A DNA stretch of 64,000 nt from Octopus sinensis (Eukaryota). Of this stretch, positions 1 through 13,985 are shown piece after piece. Location: contig NC_043007.1 of assembly GCF_006345805.1 (NCBI RefSeq), positions 18,538,001 to 18,602,000 of the forward strand, given 5' to 3'. Position numbers and translations under genes: made by a program. The first letter of the stretch is position 1; every line of letters starts with the position of its first letter. The notes below the pieces were generated by a model. The model was not told the origin of the DNA and did not search any database. It saw only the letters and a program-made list of their open reading frames with translations.

Positions 1-220
1 GGTTAGCCTGAGTCTAAAGTAGAACACACACTTGTTCAAGGTGCGACATGGTGGAATTGAACCTGGAACCAAGTGATTGGAAAGCAAACTTCTTAACCCC
101 AGTGATGTCTGTGCCTTTGTCAAGGGTAAGCAACTAATATGTGCTGATGCAAGTTCTGACTCTGAATTCACTAAATCACTGTAGATTTCTTCATCAGACA
201 AATCTCTTAAAAACATGAAG

Positions 221-251
<31 letters not shown>

Positions 252-305
252 AAGAAGGCTGGCTTCAATAAGCAATATTATTGTCAATTAGTTAGAGATA
301 CTTAC

Positions 306-458
306 TTCAAGCAACCACACTATTTCCACTTCATACTTGTGTGCCACTAAAGAAATTACTTCAGAGGTTGCATTTGAACCAAGACGTCCAACACGCCCGA
401 CACGGTGGATGTAATCGGAGACAAAATGAGGGAAATCATAGTTCATAACAGTTTGCAC
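306..458 (-). CDS. DDX28: DDX28 exon (motif VI)
   Basis: VQTVMNYDFPHFVSDYIHRVGRVGRLGSNATSEVISLVAHKYEVEIVWLLE; tctag acceptor, gtaagt donor. Confidence 0.93.
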
Positions 459-3400
459 CTAGACACAAAAAAACAGAAAATAAATAAATGAATATATATA
501 TATATATTAGCAGAGATACCTGGCGTTGCTCAGGTTTAAAATGGCATAGTTTGTATATATATATTACAGTTATATTGAAACAGGTGGTACAGGAAAGTGA
601 AGCATTGACAACAAAACATTTGTGGAGTAAATGATGGGCTAATTCGACTAAGCGACATGTCATGCGTCCATTTGGAGCAATCCAGGTCCTAACCTGTCAT
701 GGAAAATTGGGGTTGGTGAGTAAGTGATTTTTGAATGCACTGGAAAGCTGTCAGTGGATATACTCTCCTTTGCGGTGGTCGGTGCTGCATGTAACACAAC
801 CCATTGTATGGTTGACAGTTGAATGAATGTAGGTGTAATAGAGATGTATGTAAATGGGTACATTCTGCGAATGGGCTACAATGGAAGATGGCAACAGGGA
901 ACTGAACTGTTGAAATGTTACGGAAGGTGACGGGTTGACATTGGATTGCTGGTGTGGCTGTAGAATAAGAAACATAAACTGAGCCACATACACACTCACA
1001 GACACATTCATATACAAAATGTGATGAGACTCAAATACAAAAAGAAGACAGAACACACAGACATACATGGCTTTTCACCTCATTGCTTTTTGCAGTTGTC
1101 ACATATGTATAAGTATGTGTAGATGTGTGTTTTAATCCAAATGAAAATAAAAATTATCACACATACATTCTGACATACAGTGACACACATATAGTAAGAG
1201 AGACACACCCAGACATACATTCAAGGCCGAAATCTCCACTTCTGAATTTTGCAAACCATCTTCTGCAAGTTCTTTCATTCAAGCATTCTTTCCCATAAAC
1301 TGAGTGTATGTTTCGAGTCGCTTCAGTTGCAGAGTTTCCTTTTTTGTACTCATAATATTTAATTAGTTTAAATGGACACAAATGCATAAAAGTAATTTTT
1401 AATTCCATTAGACATTCTAAAATACTATTAAATTTCATTCAATTTTTTAAAATGGTAAAATTGGACAGAACTTATGGGATGACTTGATATTTATTGTGCC
1501 ACAGACGCTAGAGAAGCTGTCTGATAGAATTAAGTGTCTCTACTCCTCTCTATAACATTTGATTCAGAGTTTCTACTCTCCAACATGGGTACCCCTTACT
1601 GCAGTAAGTGCAACAACATAGATTTTCAATAGGTTTCTTTAAGACTGCCCACTTTCAATGATTTATATGCAACAACTTAATATTTTAAAAAACAAATGGT
1701 GTATAAGCTACTCAGAAAACCCCACATCTTGGGGAAGCAAACAGCAGTTGATTATATCAACCACATCCTCATCATTTAACATCTGTTTTCCATGCTGGCA
1801 TGGGTTGGATGGTTTGACAGGAACTGGCAAGCCAAAAGAGAGCACCGAGTTTTACTGTCTGTTTCCAAATGCCAATCACTTTACAGAGTGCATTGGGTGC
1901 TTTCTATGAGGCTCTGGCACCAATGAGGTCAACAAGTAACTCAGAAGACAAGATCCAGCAACAGAGTGGGGAGTTGTATTGAGGGAGGTGGCTTTATGCC
2001 AGGTGATGAAAGTTTATAGTATGATAGAGAACAGGAAAAGGTCTCTTGTGATAGGAGAGATAAGCACCTACCCCAGTTGAAAGAAAAAGTAGATGGTGGT
2101 GGGGATGTGTCAGGGTATATCTTCAAATTACAAGAAGCTCAATAAAAGAGAAGTATACTAGAATATTTTGTTTTATCCATTCCATAAGGAGGAATGGCAA
2201 AACTGGCCTCAGTGGGATTTGAACTATGAACATAACTGATTAAGTAAAGTACCACAAGGCATTTTGTCCATCACTCTACCAATTCAACTAATTGTTTCTT
2301 TGTTTAATTCCATTATAATTCCAGCATACTTACATGTGTTGTGTCCAAACCTCTGGAAGCAATGTCTGTAGAGACTAGAATACTGAATTCTTGATTCATA
2401 AATTTCTGATAAATATCTTTCCTTTCCTGAAAAGGAAAACATTTTTTTATTAAACTAATAAACATAAATTCATTACCATCAAAAAAAAAAAAACCTCCAA
2501 AAAACAATGTAGTTATAAAATGGCAAAATGTGTCATGCTTCATTTTACAAAACATATACAGGATAATAAAACTGTAGGTAAGTTCCACACAAAACATAAT
2601 CCCTTAAAAGTTGGTTCATAGCTGATCCTTGTTCAATGAATTAACATATTACAGGCATGGGTGTGTGATTAAGGAATCCACTTGGCAATTGGGTGGTTTG
2701 GGGTTCTCTCCTACTATGCAGCATTTTGGTCAAGTGTCTTCTATAACCTCAGGTTAATGAATACTTTGCGAGTGAACTTATAGACAAAAACTGTGCTGAA
2801 GCCTGTCATGTGTGTATGTGTATTTGTGTGCATATGTGTGTGTGTATGTATGTATGTATTTGTGTGTGTGTGTGTGTGTGTGTGAGTTACATCCTTGTAA
2901 CTTAGCAGTTTGGCAAAAAGAAACTGACAGAATAAGAACTTAACATAACATAGTACTGGATTGATTTAATCAACTATATCCTTTAAAGTAGTACCCCAGC
3001 ATGGCCATAGTCCAATGACTGAAACATAATCGCATAATTAAGAGCCATGCTATAAGACGCTTGCTGGATGCTTCAGCTTGAAGTGAATATATGCCAGAAA
3101 AATATATTTGATATCACCCTTGTTCTTTCCCTCATTACTTGAAGATATAGAATAAGCATAGTGTATATTATAAAATATTGTTTTTTACTGTTTAACCCAT
3201 TTATTATCATATTTCTGTTAAAATACAGAACCTGAAGGATGATGAAGAATTTAATGAAATAACTATTGTTATTCTTCAGCTGGTGATTTGGCTACATCAT
3301 GAAATTTTGATGTTAGGTTTAAATTCAATAATAATAATAATGAAATTATTGTATACAGTGCTCAGGTGCACCACAACTTGTCAAAAGTGCGTATAAAGCA

Positions 3401-6400
3401 GATGCAGTAATGTACAAATGTCTGGAAAGCGAACAGTATATGAGTCAGATACATGCTTGCGTGTGTATGGCGGGGAGAAAATCAGGTTTGTAGTGTTGGC
3501 GAATCTCAGGAAGCATGGAAGTTTTGAAGGATGTGGTACTCCGACAACTAACAACTGATGCGGTAGTTTGTTCCATGCTTCAGCAACTCTCAGCGTGAAA
3601 AAATGTTTCCTGAAGTCATGGGAGCTGTGCTGTTTTCTGACTTTGTAAATATATCCACGGGTGTTAGACAGGTGGAGTTTGAAAAGGTGCTCAGAGTTAT
3701 TGTTTGTAAGATGATTAATAATTTTATGGGTGTCTGCCAAGTTCGCTGCCAGACGTTGGAGTTTCAATGTATCCATGCCCAGGGAAGTAAGGCGTTCAGA
3801 ATATGGCAAATGCCTGATGGAGGGTATTCTCTTGGTTGCACGTCACTGAACGGCTTCCAGACGATTAATATCCTGGGCAAGATAGGAGTTCCAGACTGGT
3901 GATGCAAATTCCGGGTGAGGTCGCACCATAGCTATAGAAAGCTGGAGAGTGGCTCACAAAGGAGTTCACTTTCCAAGAAGTTTGTATCAAAGAACCAGGA
4001 GCAATCCCTGGTGGGTTGGTAATCAAAAAGATTAACCCTTTAGCATTCAGATTTTTCTGTTGAATATAATGCTTATTTATTCACATTGTTTGAATTAACA
4101 GTCATTAACTTGTAGCCTCAAGATTTCAATGATGTGATTGCCTATTTTTAGAACATCAATGAAGGGTAGGTGTCAGAAGCCAGATTTAACCAGTTGTGAT
4201 AGACTGGGGTCCTGTTCAGAAGATATGTTGTGATTTTGATCACTTATACACTATGGCACCCACATATTCAAGACAGTAAATGACCAGAGGTTGATGAGAT
4301 GTGTAAATTTGTGAAAACGACCTTACATTTTAGTATGGCAAACAGAATGTAAAGTAACAAAATAAAAGATACAGAAAAGTGTTAAAATAGGTAAAGAGTT
4401 TAATTATTCAAGAGATCACACTAACCTCAGCAAAGACGTTTCCATTAAACAGAGCAGCTGATACACCATTTTCCTCTAAGAACTTGTATAACCAATAACT
4501 GCTAGAATTGTCCTTGCAAAATAACATCACCGAAGACATCTTATTCTTTTTGGCAAACTTCAATACAAAACCTGAAAGCAAAATCTTTCTTTGTTACTAT
4601 TTAATCTTCTCACATTTCATAACAGAATAATAATTAGTTTCATATACAAATGCAGGCATAGTTGTGTAGTTAAGAAAATTGATTCTCAGCCATGTGGCCT
4701 TTGGTTCAGTCCCACTGTGTGGCACCTTGGGCAAGTGTCTTCTACTATGGCCTTGTGCTGACCAAAGCCTTGTGAGTGGATGGAAACTGAAAGAAGCCCA
4801 TCATATATATATATGTGTGTGCGTTTGTGTGTTTGTGTTTGTCTCCAACAACATCACTTGACAACTGATGCTGGTGTGTTTACATACCCGTAACTTAGCG
4901 GTTCGGCAAAAGAGACCGATAGAATAAGTACTAGGCTTACAAAGGATAAGTCCTGGGGTCGATTTCCTCGACTAAAGGCGGTGCTCCAGCATGGCCACAG
5001 TCAAATGACTGAAACACATAAAAGTGTAGTTAAGGCATCAAAGGTCACACAAAAACTTACGAAGATCAAACAGCTCCCCTTAATGATGGATATTCATTAG
5101 GGTTACTTACCTGGTTTTTCAGAAGGTAAAAGTCTGACAAATTTCTGCTTGATGTGAGGTGGAATATGATGCAAATATTCTGTAGTCACTCTGGTAAAGG
5201 TGTCTAGCTGTAAGATAACGAGTAAAGTTGTAAGGGAAAGTTGGGGAAGAATATGACTGAGACAGCATTGAAGACTTTATTCTTAAACAGAATAAAATGG
5301 GGTAAAACAACTAACAAAACATTTGGTAATTTTACAGTGTGCCTACTGTTTGCAGAAGAAAGTACTACTGTGTGGTAGCCACATACAGAGACAAAATGTA
5401 CCACTTTTGTACTTATTCATTACATAGGTGAGCTATACAAGTCTAAGGTACTTAGTTTGTGGAAGCACATGACCTAGTGGTTAGAGCAGTGGACTCGTGA
5501 TTGAGGGATCGCGGGTTTGAATCTCAGACCGGGCGATGTGAGTGTTTATGAGCAAAACACCTAAGCTCCACGCAGCTCCAGCAGAAGGTAATGGCGAACT
5601 TCTGCTGACTCTTTCTCTCACTCTTTCCTCCTGCATCTTGCAGCTCACCTGTGACGGAGCGGCGTCCCATCCAGGTGGGGAATCTATATGCTAAGGAAAC
5701 CGAGAAACTGGCCCTTATGAGCCAGGCGTGGCTCAAGAAGGAACAAACAATAGTACTTGGTTTAGAAGATTAGATGCGCCAACTTAGTGGTGGCCCACGT
5801 GCTGGTGGCACATAAAAAGCACCCACTTCACTCTCGGAGTGGTTGGCGTTAGGAAGGGCATCCAGCTGTAGAAACTCTGCCAGATCAGATTGGAGCCTGG
5901 TGCGGCCATCTGGTTCACCAGTCCTCAGTCAAATCGTCCAACCCATGCTAGCATGGAAAGCGGACGTTAAACGATAATAATGATGATGATGATGATTAGA
6001 TGACATTGATAGAACATGTGCACACATACATACATATGCATGCAATGGATTTAAGGGAGAATGGTAGAATGGAAAAGAGAGAAGGAAGAGGAAGATTGGG
6101 GAAAAGAAGAAGAGAAACAGAGAAAGGAGAAAGATAGAGGACATGGAAGAGAGAGAAGGAAGGTAGCTTTTTAGATGTGGAAGAAAAGGGTGATCTCATG
6201 GCCTTTGCAGGGGCTATGACCCAGTGAGGTTCTTGAGGTTCAGTGAGGTTCTTATTCGTCTTGAATAAGTTGCAAACTGATGAGTGTAGAGAAAGAGTTC
6301 CAAAGGGCCAATATTCTAGGAAGGAAGAATTGGAAGTAATGGAAAGTGTGGAGCCTGGAAATGGGGTGGGAGACTATATAGGGGATGAGAGAAGGAATGA

Positions 6401-6863
6401 GAAGGTAGTATCAGAGTAACGGCAACATGAAACCAACCAGAACCAAAAGTAATATAAGAAAGGAAAACTTACTGGAATAATGTTACCAATCTTTGCATCC
6501 AAACTTGTTGGTAATGTTGCACTTGCAAGAATTATTTGTGTGCCACTCACTGAAATAGGTGGGTGTTCAGAAGAAGAAACAGCAGCAGCAGCAGCACTGA
6601 GATCTGCAGGTGAAATGGTTTTGATGTGTGCCTGTAATATAAAGGAACAAATCGAGACAAGACAATCAGAAGGATAGCAACAAACTGAAACAGAAAACAG
6701 TGAACAGCAGTATTAAATTAAGACACCCATCTATATATCATACTTCATATATATTTATATATCTATATCAATTTACTCCACCACCTACACCACCAAACGG
6801 TATACACAGGTGCTTATAATTATCAAGTACTCACCCCGAATTTCTGTACTCAACTTATCTATA

Positions 6864-6899
<36 letters not shown>

Positions 6900-7151
6900 C
6901 AAAATAAGCAACAAGGATATCCAGAGGTAATGCAGTACGATCGTTTCATGCGACTCCATTTAATTAAACAATGCAAATATTACATCAGTTTTAAAATGTA
7001 GAGCAATCTTCAGCTGCATGAAACGATCGTACAGCATTACCTCTGGATATCCTTGTTGCTTATTTTGATAGTAATCACCCCATTTTGAATTATATGGATA
7101 ATACCATGCTAAATTCTGGTGCCTTTAACTTAAGTACCATATTCAACTGAA

Positions 7152-7223
<72 letters not shown>

Positions 7224-8984
7224 TATACACCATCGAGAGGCAAGATATTGCAGTTTCTGTCCAAGATAAAATCTCTTAGAGACATGTCGTTTTTAAAAAC
7301 ACAATATATAAAGAATAGAAATGAAATGTTATCCCAGTTTACTTGCAACCACATGCTCAAACGAAATCTGTCACCTCTAACATAGGAAAGATCGAATAGT
7401 ATAGTGACTGATATTGCAAATAGATGCTGGGCTGAATAAAAAGCCAATGTATACAATTGAAGCAACATTAAATTAAAATAGCCATCTATGTATCATAGTC
7501 AATGCACATACACCACTGTCCAGCGGCGTTTCAATTCCTGGACTGGGTGATGCATTGTGTTCTTCAGAAAAACACTTCATTTCACATCGCTCCAGTCCAC
7601 TCAGCTACCAAAAATGATTATTCCTATATTCTTGTGATGGACAGGCATCTAGTCCAGTGGGGAAATACACTGAAGACTCTCTCTCAATATATATATATAT
7701 ATGTGTATGTATGTGAGTTTCTATTTCCCAAATTACCCAAAGTTCTACACAACAGGATCAAACTTGGAGTCATATGATTGCAAAGTGAAATCCTAAATGA
7801 TTCCGCTGACAGTACATTGGTGCACCAATTTCTACAGAAATTAAATACATAAGAAACTAAATACATACTTTCATGTGATTAAGGATGCTGACAATATTGG
7901 AATGGAAGCTGTCATCCAATAATGTATCTGCTTCATCTAATACCAGCTGCAGGAGGTTATGGAACTTTATTTTGTCTGAAAGTGGCAAAATTAGAAAAGA
8001 GCTTCATTGTGACTGGTGAATGTTGGTGATGATGGTAATGATGATGATGATGATGGTGGTGGTGGTGATGGTGTTGATGATGATGATTATTGTGATGGTA
8101 CATAATATGTGCAGAATGTTTAGAGTAGTTTGGGTGGAAAATTATACTATGTGCTTGTTGTGAGGGGTGTCGTTTAACAGTGTGAGTTCTAATGTGGATA
8201 TGTTGTAGTGGATGTAGTGTGACGGTGTGGGTATGTTGTGTGAGATATAGTGCATGAGACAGTGTAAGCATGCAGAGTAGGAAGTAGTGCATGGCAGTGT
8301 GGGGGCACATGGCCTAGTGGTTAGAGCAGCAGACGGGCGGTCGAGGGATCGCGGGTTCGAATCTCAGACCGGACAATGTGTGTGTTATGAGAGAAATACC
8401 TAAGCTCCACGCAGCTCCAGCAGAAGGTAATAGTGAACTTCTGCTGACTCCTTCACCACAACTTTCTCTCACTCTTTCCGCCTGCATCTAGCAGCTCACC
8501 TGCGATGGACCGGCATCCCGTCCATTTGGGGAACTTATACGCCAAGGAAACTGGCCCTTATGAGCCAGGCATGGCTCGAGAGGGAACAGTGCGTAGCAGT
8601 GAGGTTTGTAAAGTGGTGTGTATTGTGCGACAATCATGGGTACAAAGAATGGGATGCAGTATATAGAAGTGTGAGAACGTAATGTGACACTTTGAAAGTG
8701 TCGGGTGGAAATGTCGTTTAACAAGGTGGGTTCTAGTGTGGGTATGATGAAGATTCTGATGTTCAGGTTAAGGTAGTGATTGTAGCTTAGAGGGATTAAG
8801 ATGGATTTGGTTAGTGCTGTGTAGATACGCATTTCTTCATGATTTATTAAAAGACAGTTGCTAGAAATGTCAGTCCCAATACTTACTTTTTGCCAACATT
8901 GCTTGCAAAGCTCCAGGTGTTGTTACTAGAATGTCCATCTTTTTATTCAAGACCAACTGTTCCTAACATTAGATACAGAGAAAC

Positions 8985-9041
<57 letters not shown>

Positions 9042-12000
9042 CAACAACAACAATAATAATAATAATATTCAGACAAATACATAACAAAAACACCAGGACT
9101 AACAAGTATATGTTAGTATATAGCACTACTAGGCACTGGACACATCCTGCGTAAAACACTTTCAATACAGTAAAAATAAGTGTATCACAACAAACCACAG
9201 CACATACCCAAGGCACACAGAGCTGCGCTTGGTAGTGCAGTGAAAGTACGTGATAAAAATAAGACTACTGAATAATAATAATTAGTAGTTTCAAATCTTG
9301 GCACAAGGCCAGCACATTGAAAGGGAGGAGGTAAGTCAATCACATTGACTCCAAAATGATGTAAAGTAGAGTCAACCTCACTTTCCATCCTTTCAGAGTC
9401 ACTCATGAAATTAACGTGCAAGTGACTGAGCACTCCACAGACACACGTACCCCTAACGTAGTTCTCAGGGAGATTCAGTGTGACAAGGCTGGCCCTTTGA
9501 AATACAGGTACAACTCATTTTTGCCAGCTGAGTGGACTGGAGCGATGTGAAATAAAGTGTCTTGCTCAAGGACACAACGTGTCGCCAGGAATTGAACTCA
9601 CGACCTTACAATCGTGAGCCGAATGCCCTAACCACAAAGCCACGTGCCTTCATGTAGGAACAATAAACACCAAGAACACAACAAAAAAATAGATTTTCTC
9701 AAAAACCCAGGAGGATCCTTAGTGGTGAGTTGCAGATTGTGCCTGTCATTTAGGTAATCTATTTTGCAGTGGAGGAGATTGCTCAGAAAGTATAGTCACT
9801 ATGATATGAACTGCCTGGAGAAAGTTCCGAGAGCTACAAGCTCTGTTAGTATAAAATGGCTTCTCTCTCAGAGTAAAAGGAAGAGTAAATGATGCTGGTG
9901 TACAATCAACAATGCTACATGAGTGTGAAACTTGGGCTGCAAATGCAGAGCAAATATGAAGACCAGAAAGAAATGAAACCAGCAGGCTCTATTGGGTGTG
10001 CAATATCAGTGTGCGTGTACAACAAAGTTCAAATGTATTGATAGAAAAACTGGGCATAAGGGGCATCATATGTAGAGTGGTAGAGAGGAGACTGCCTGGT
10101 ATGGTCATGTGATGTGAATGGATGAGGACAGCTGCATGACAAAGTGCCAATCACCAAATGTGGATGGAACCTGTGGAAGTTGGAGGCCTAGGATGAAGCG
10201 GGATGAAATAGCGAAGAATGAGCCTCACTAAGGAGATGGTAGAGGACCCAAATGATTAGTGATTTGGTGATTTCAAATAAAAACTGAATCGTGCAACCTA
10301 TGCCAGCAGGGAAAGCAGACATAAATTGATAATGATGAGGAGGATGAAGTTTATTAATTACTAAAGAAATATGATGGAACACTGAAAGGATCTTATGATA
10401 CAAGTATTGTTCACGATGAAGACAGTAGTGCATCATCATCATCATCATCATCATTTAGTGTCCACTTTCCATGCTAGCATGGGTTGGACGGTTCAACTGG
10501 GGTCTGGGAAGCCAGAAGGTTGCACCAGGCCCAGTCTGATCTGGCAGTGTTTCTACGGCTGGATGCCCTTCCTAATGCCAACCACTCCGTGAGTGTAGTA
10601 GGTGCTTTTTACGTGCCACTGGCACAGGTGCCAGACGGGACTGGCAAACGGCCACGGTCGGATGATGCTTTTTACGTGCCACTGGCATGGGGGCCAGGCG
10701 AGGCTGGCAATGGCCATGATTGGATGGCGCTTTTTACGTGCAATTATTTATTATTATCATTTTCTGGACATTATTGTTTCAAGTCCTAGGACTCACAGGG
10801 CTGGTTATCCAGTTTCCATGGCACCTAAATGACTGAAATCACAACACTACCTCTCAACGGGACACCAGTCTGTCACAAGGTTACATATTTTACAGCAAAG
10901 TGGACTGGAGCAATATGAAATGAAATGTTTTGCTTAAGAACACAATGAACTGCCCAGTCCTGGAATTGAAACCACAATCTTACAATTATGAGTGCAAAAT
11001 TTTAACCACTAGATGATGCATCTTTACTGGTGGAATTTATGACTTACAGAAATAGACTGTAGTTAAAGTCATGATCAAGACAAATAGAAGATAAAGTGGG
11101 GGGTGGGGTATGATTGAGTTAAGGAAATAATGAGATGAATTAGTTCTTTTTAAGGACAAAAGATCTTACCATTGATCCAACTTTTCCAAGAATTAACTGA
11201 GGTTCTAAAGGCATAATTTTTGTCAGGTCCTTTATAACAGACTAGAAATAAAAATGAAAAAGTGAATGGAAAGGACAATCAAAAGTTTGTGTGAAAATAC
11301 TGAAGTTACAAAAGGCTATTGTAGAAAATTGTCATTAGGAATAAACTCCTAATGTAGGTTGATTACATTGGCTCCAGTGCTCAACTGTTACTTATTTTAT
11401 CAACCCAGAAAGGATATAAATCTTTAGTTAAATATATTTAATGAGAATATTATATACTGAATTTATATTGAGTGCTCAATTGTATCAAAGTATTAATACT
11501 ATTAAAGTATTTATATATTTAATACGAGCGATTATATATATTTTATATAATAATATATTATTATTAATACCAGGAAAGAAATATTAGAAATTACGGAGAT
11601 GTACTTGCATAGCAAGTGACCTGATCTGAGATCGTGTGCTGGAACGAAAACAATTGCAGTGTGAAAGGTGTTTATAAGCCATTTAAGAAACACACAAAAA
11701 CCGTTAGATTCACTTCAACATTTAAATTTAATCTGTCAAAATATTCTGCTAGCACAGAATTTTGTCAGTGAACAAGGAGACACAAACACACAAACACACA
11801 CATGCGCGTACACACATGACAAGCTTCTTTCAGTTCCATGTAACAAATCCACTTACAAGGCTCAGGCTACAGTAGAAGACATCTGCTCAAGGCACCATGC
11901 AGTGGGACTGAACCTGAGACCATGTGGTTAGGAAGCAGACTTCTTACTACACAGCCACACTTGATAGATATTGGCTTCAAATCTTCGCACAAGGCCAGCA

Positions 12001-13934
12001 ATTTCAGGGGAGGGGTAAATCAATTACATTGACCCCAGTGTTCAACTGGTACTTATTTTATTAACACTGAAAGGATAAAAGACAAATTTGACCATGGCAG
12101 AATTTGAACTCAGAACTTAAAGACAGATGAAATGCTGTTAAGCATTTTGCCCAGCATGCTAACAATTCTGCCAGCTCTCTGCCTTAAACTTGACAGATAT
12201 TGAAAAGTCTCATATTTAATCCATTAGCACTTAAACCGGCCATATCCAGCCAAAAGTATTCTGCCTGTTTTATGTTCAAACTGACCAGATCTGATCTCTC
12301 ACACCAACCCTACAATATCGTTTTAAAAATTAACAGCTACCTCATCAAAATCTCATAACTACAAGATAATGCATGATTAGTTCAAAACGAATGTGGATAA
12401 AAAAGCATTAGTTTTAGCAGAATAATGTGAACACTAAAGGGTTAAAGATGAGGCTAATAAACATTTAGACAAATGAAATTCCAGACATTACTGCACTTAC
12501 CATAATCTGGATGGCAAGCTCTCGAGATGGAACGATGATTATAGACTTTGGAGAATTCTTATGTTTGGAGTTAGTCACTATATCATTATACTGCTTAATT
12601 AACTGGAAAATTGGTAATAGGTATGCCAGGGTTTTACCACTTCCTGTAGAATAGAAATATCACAAAAATATCATCAGTGAGATGTTTTAGTAATGTAAAC
12701 AAGGGGTACTGAAAATTTCCTGGTTTTGGGTAAAACAAAATGCAGGAGGACCAGTTAATTATGATTTTATTCAACAAATTCCCCTCTCAGATTCATACAT
12801 TTATTGCAGCAATCTTCAGTTTTTTAAGCCCTGTAAAGGAACTCAGACGGTTGGACCTCAACTGGGCCTTTTGCAATACCCTTAAAGTCAGGCACTTTTC
12901 AGCATCCACTTGCAGAAGAACTTTATTGAAGCACTGTAAAGATTAATGCCCAGGAGTTGTTGATGATGAAGTGTGTTATTTGCAGTGAAAGCATCTAAAG
13001 GCAACAGGCTGTATCACCAACTGATCATGGCCGCTGCCAGCCTCCCCTGGCACGTAAAAAGCACCCACTACACTTATGGAGTGGTTGGCGTTAGGAAGGG
13101 CATCCAGCTGTAGAAACACTGCCAGATCAGACTGGAGCCTAGTGCAGCCTCCTGGCCTCCCAGACTCTGTCGAACCGTCCAGCCTGTGCTAGCACGGAAA
13201 ACGGATGTTAAATGATGATGATGATGATAATGAAGGGGCCAGGGAGCTTCAAATCAAGTGATCATACAGACATATGTCCCCCACCTTTTTTTTTTGAAGG
13301 TGAGAAGAGGTGGAGTGGGAAAGAATAGGTTCAATGGTTGGAGATTACAACACAGCAGTTACAGAGGAGCATGTGCTTTATTGGAAGATTGCAGAGGTGT
13401 AAGGTAAGAGAGAGGAATTTGATCAGCATGTACATATGTGTCCAAGAAGAGTGTTGTGGCATTGATAAAGCTCCATTTTGATTACTGCAATCAAGCAGGT
13501 TGATTGACTGTGTAGATAACTTCTTTTAGAACTGCATTTAGTTCGTTTGATAAAATAGAGATTTAATATAGATTCAATGAACCCAAGATGTAATTCTTAC
13601 CAGTTTCAGCTGCACAGATGACATTGTTGCCTTGTAAAATTTCTGGAATTGCTTTAATCTGTAAAATATAACAAATTCAATTATATTCCTTTTCAATTGA
13701 ACAGTTTACAATATATACTCTCTTTTTACACTTTTACTTGTTTCAGTCATTTGACTGCGGCCATGCTGGAGCACTGCCTTTAATCGAGCAACTCAACCCC
13801 GGGACTTATTCTTTGTAAGCCCGGTACTTATTCTATCGGAATCTTTTGCCAAACTGTTAAGTTACGGGGACGCAAACACACCAGCATTGGTTGTCAAGCA
13901 ATGTTGTGGGGACAAACACAAACACATGTATATA

Positions 13935-13985
<51 letters not shown>

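Noticed and set aside
120-205. Possible DDX28 last exon after the poly-T tract (AGATTTGTCTGA...)
   Set aside because: The phase-0 reading gives only RFV* with no DDX28-like C-terminal similarity; the true exon probably lies outside the window.
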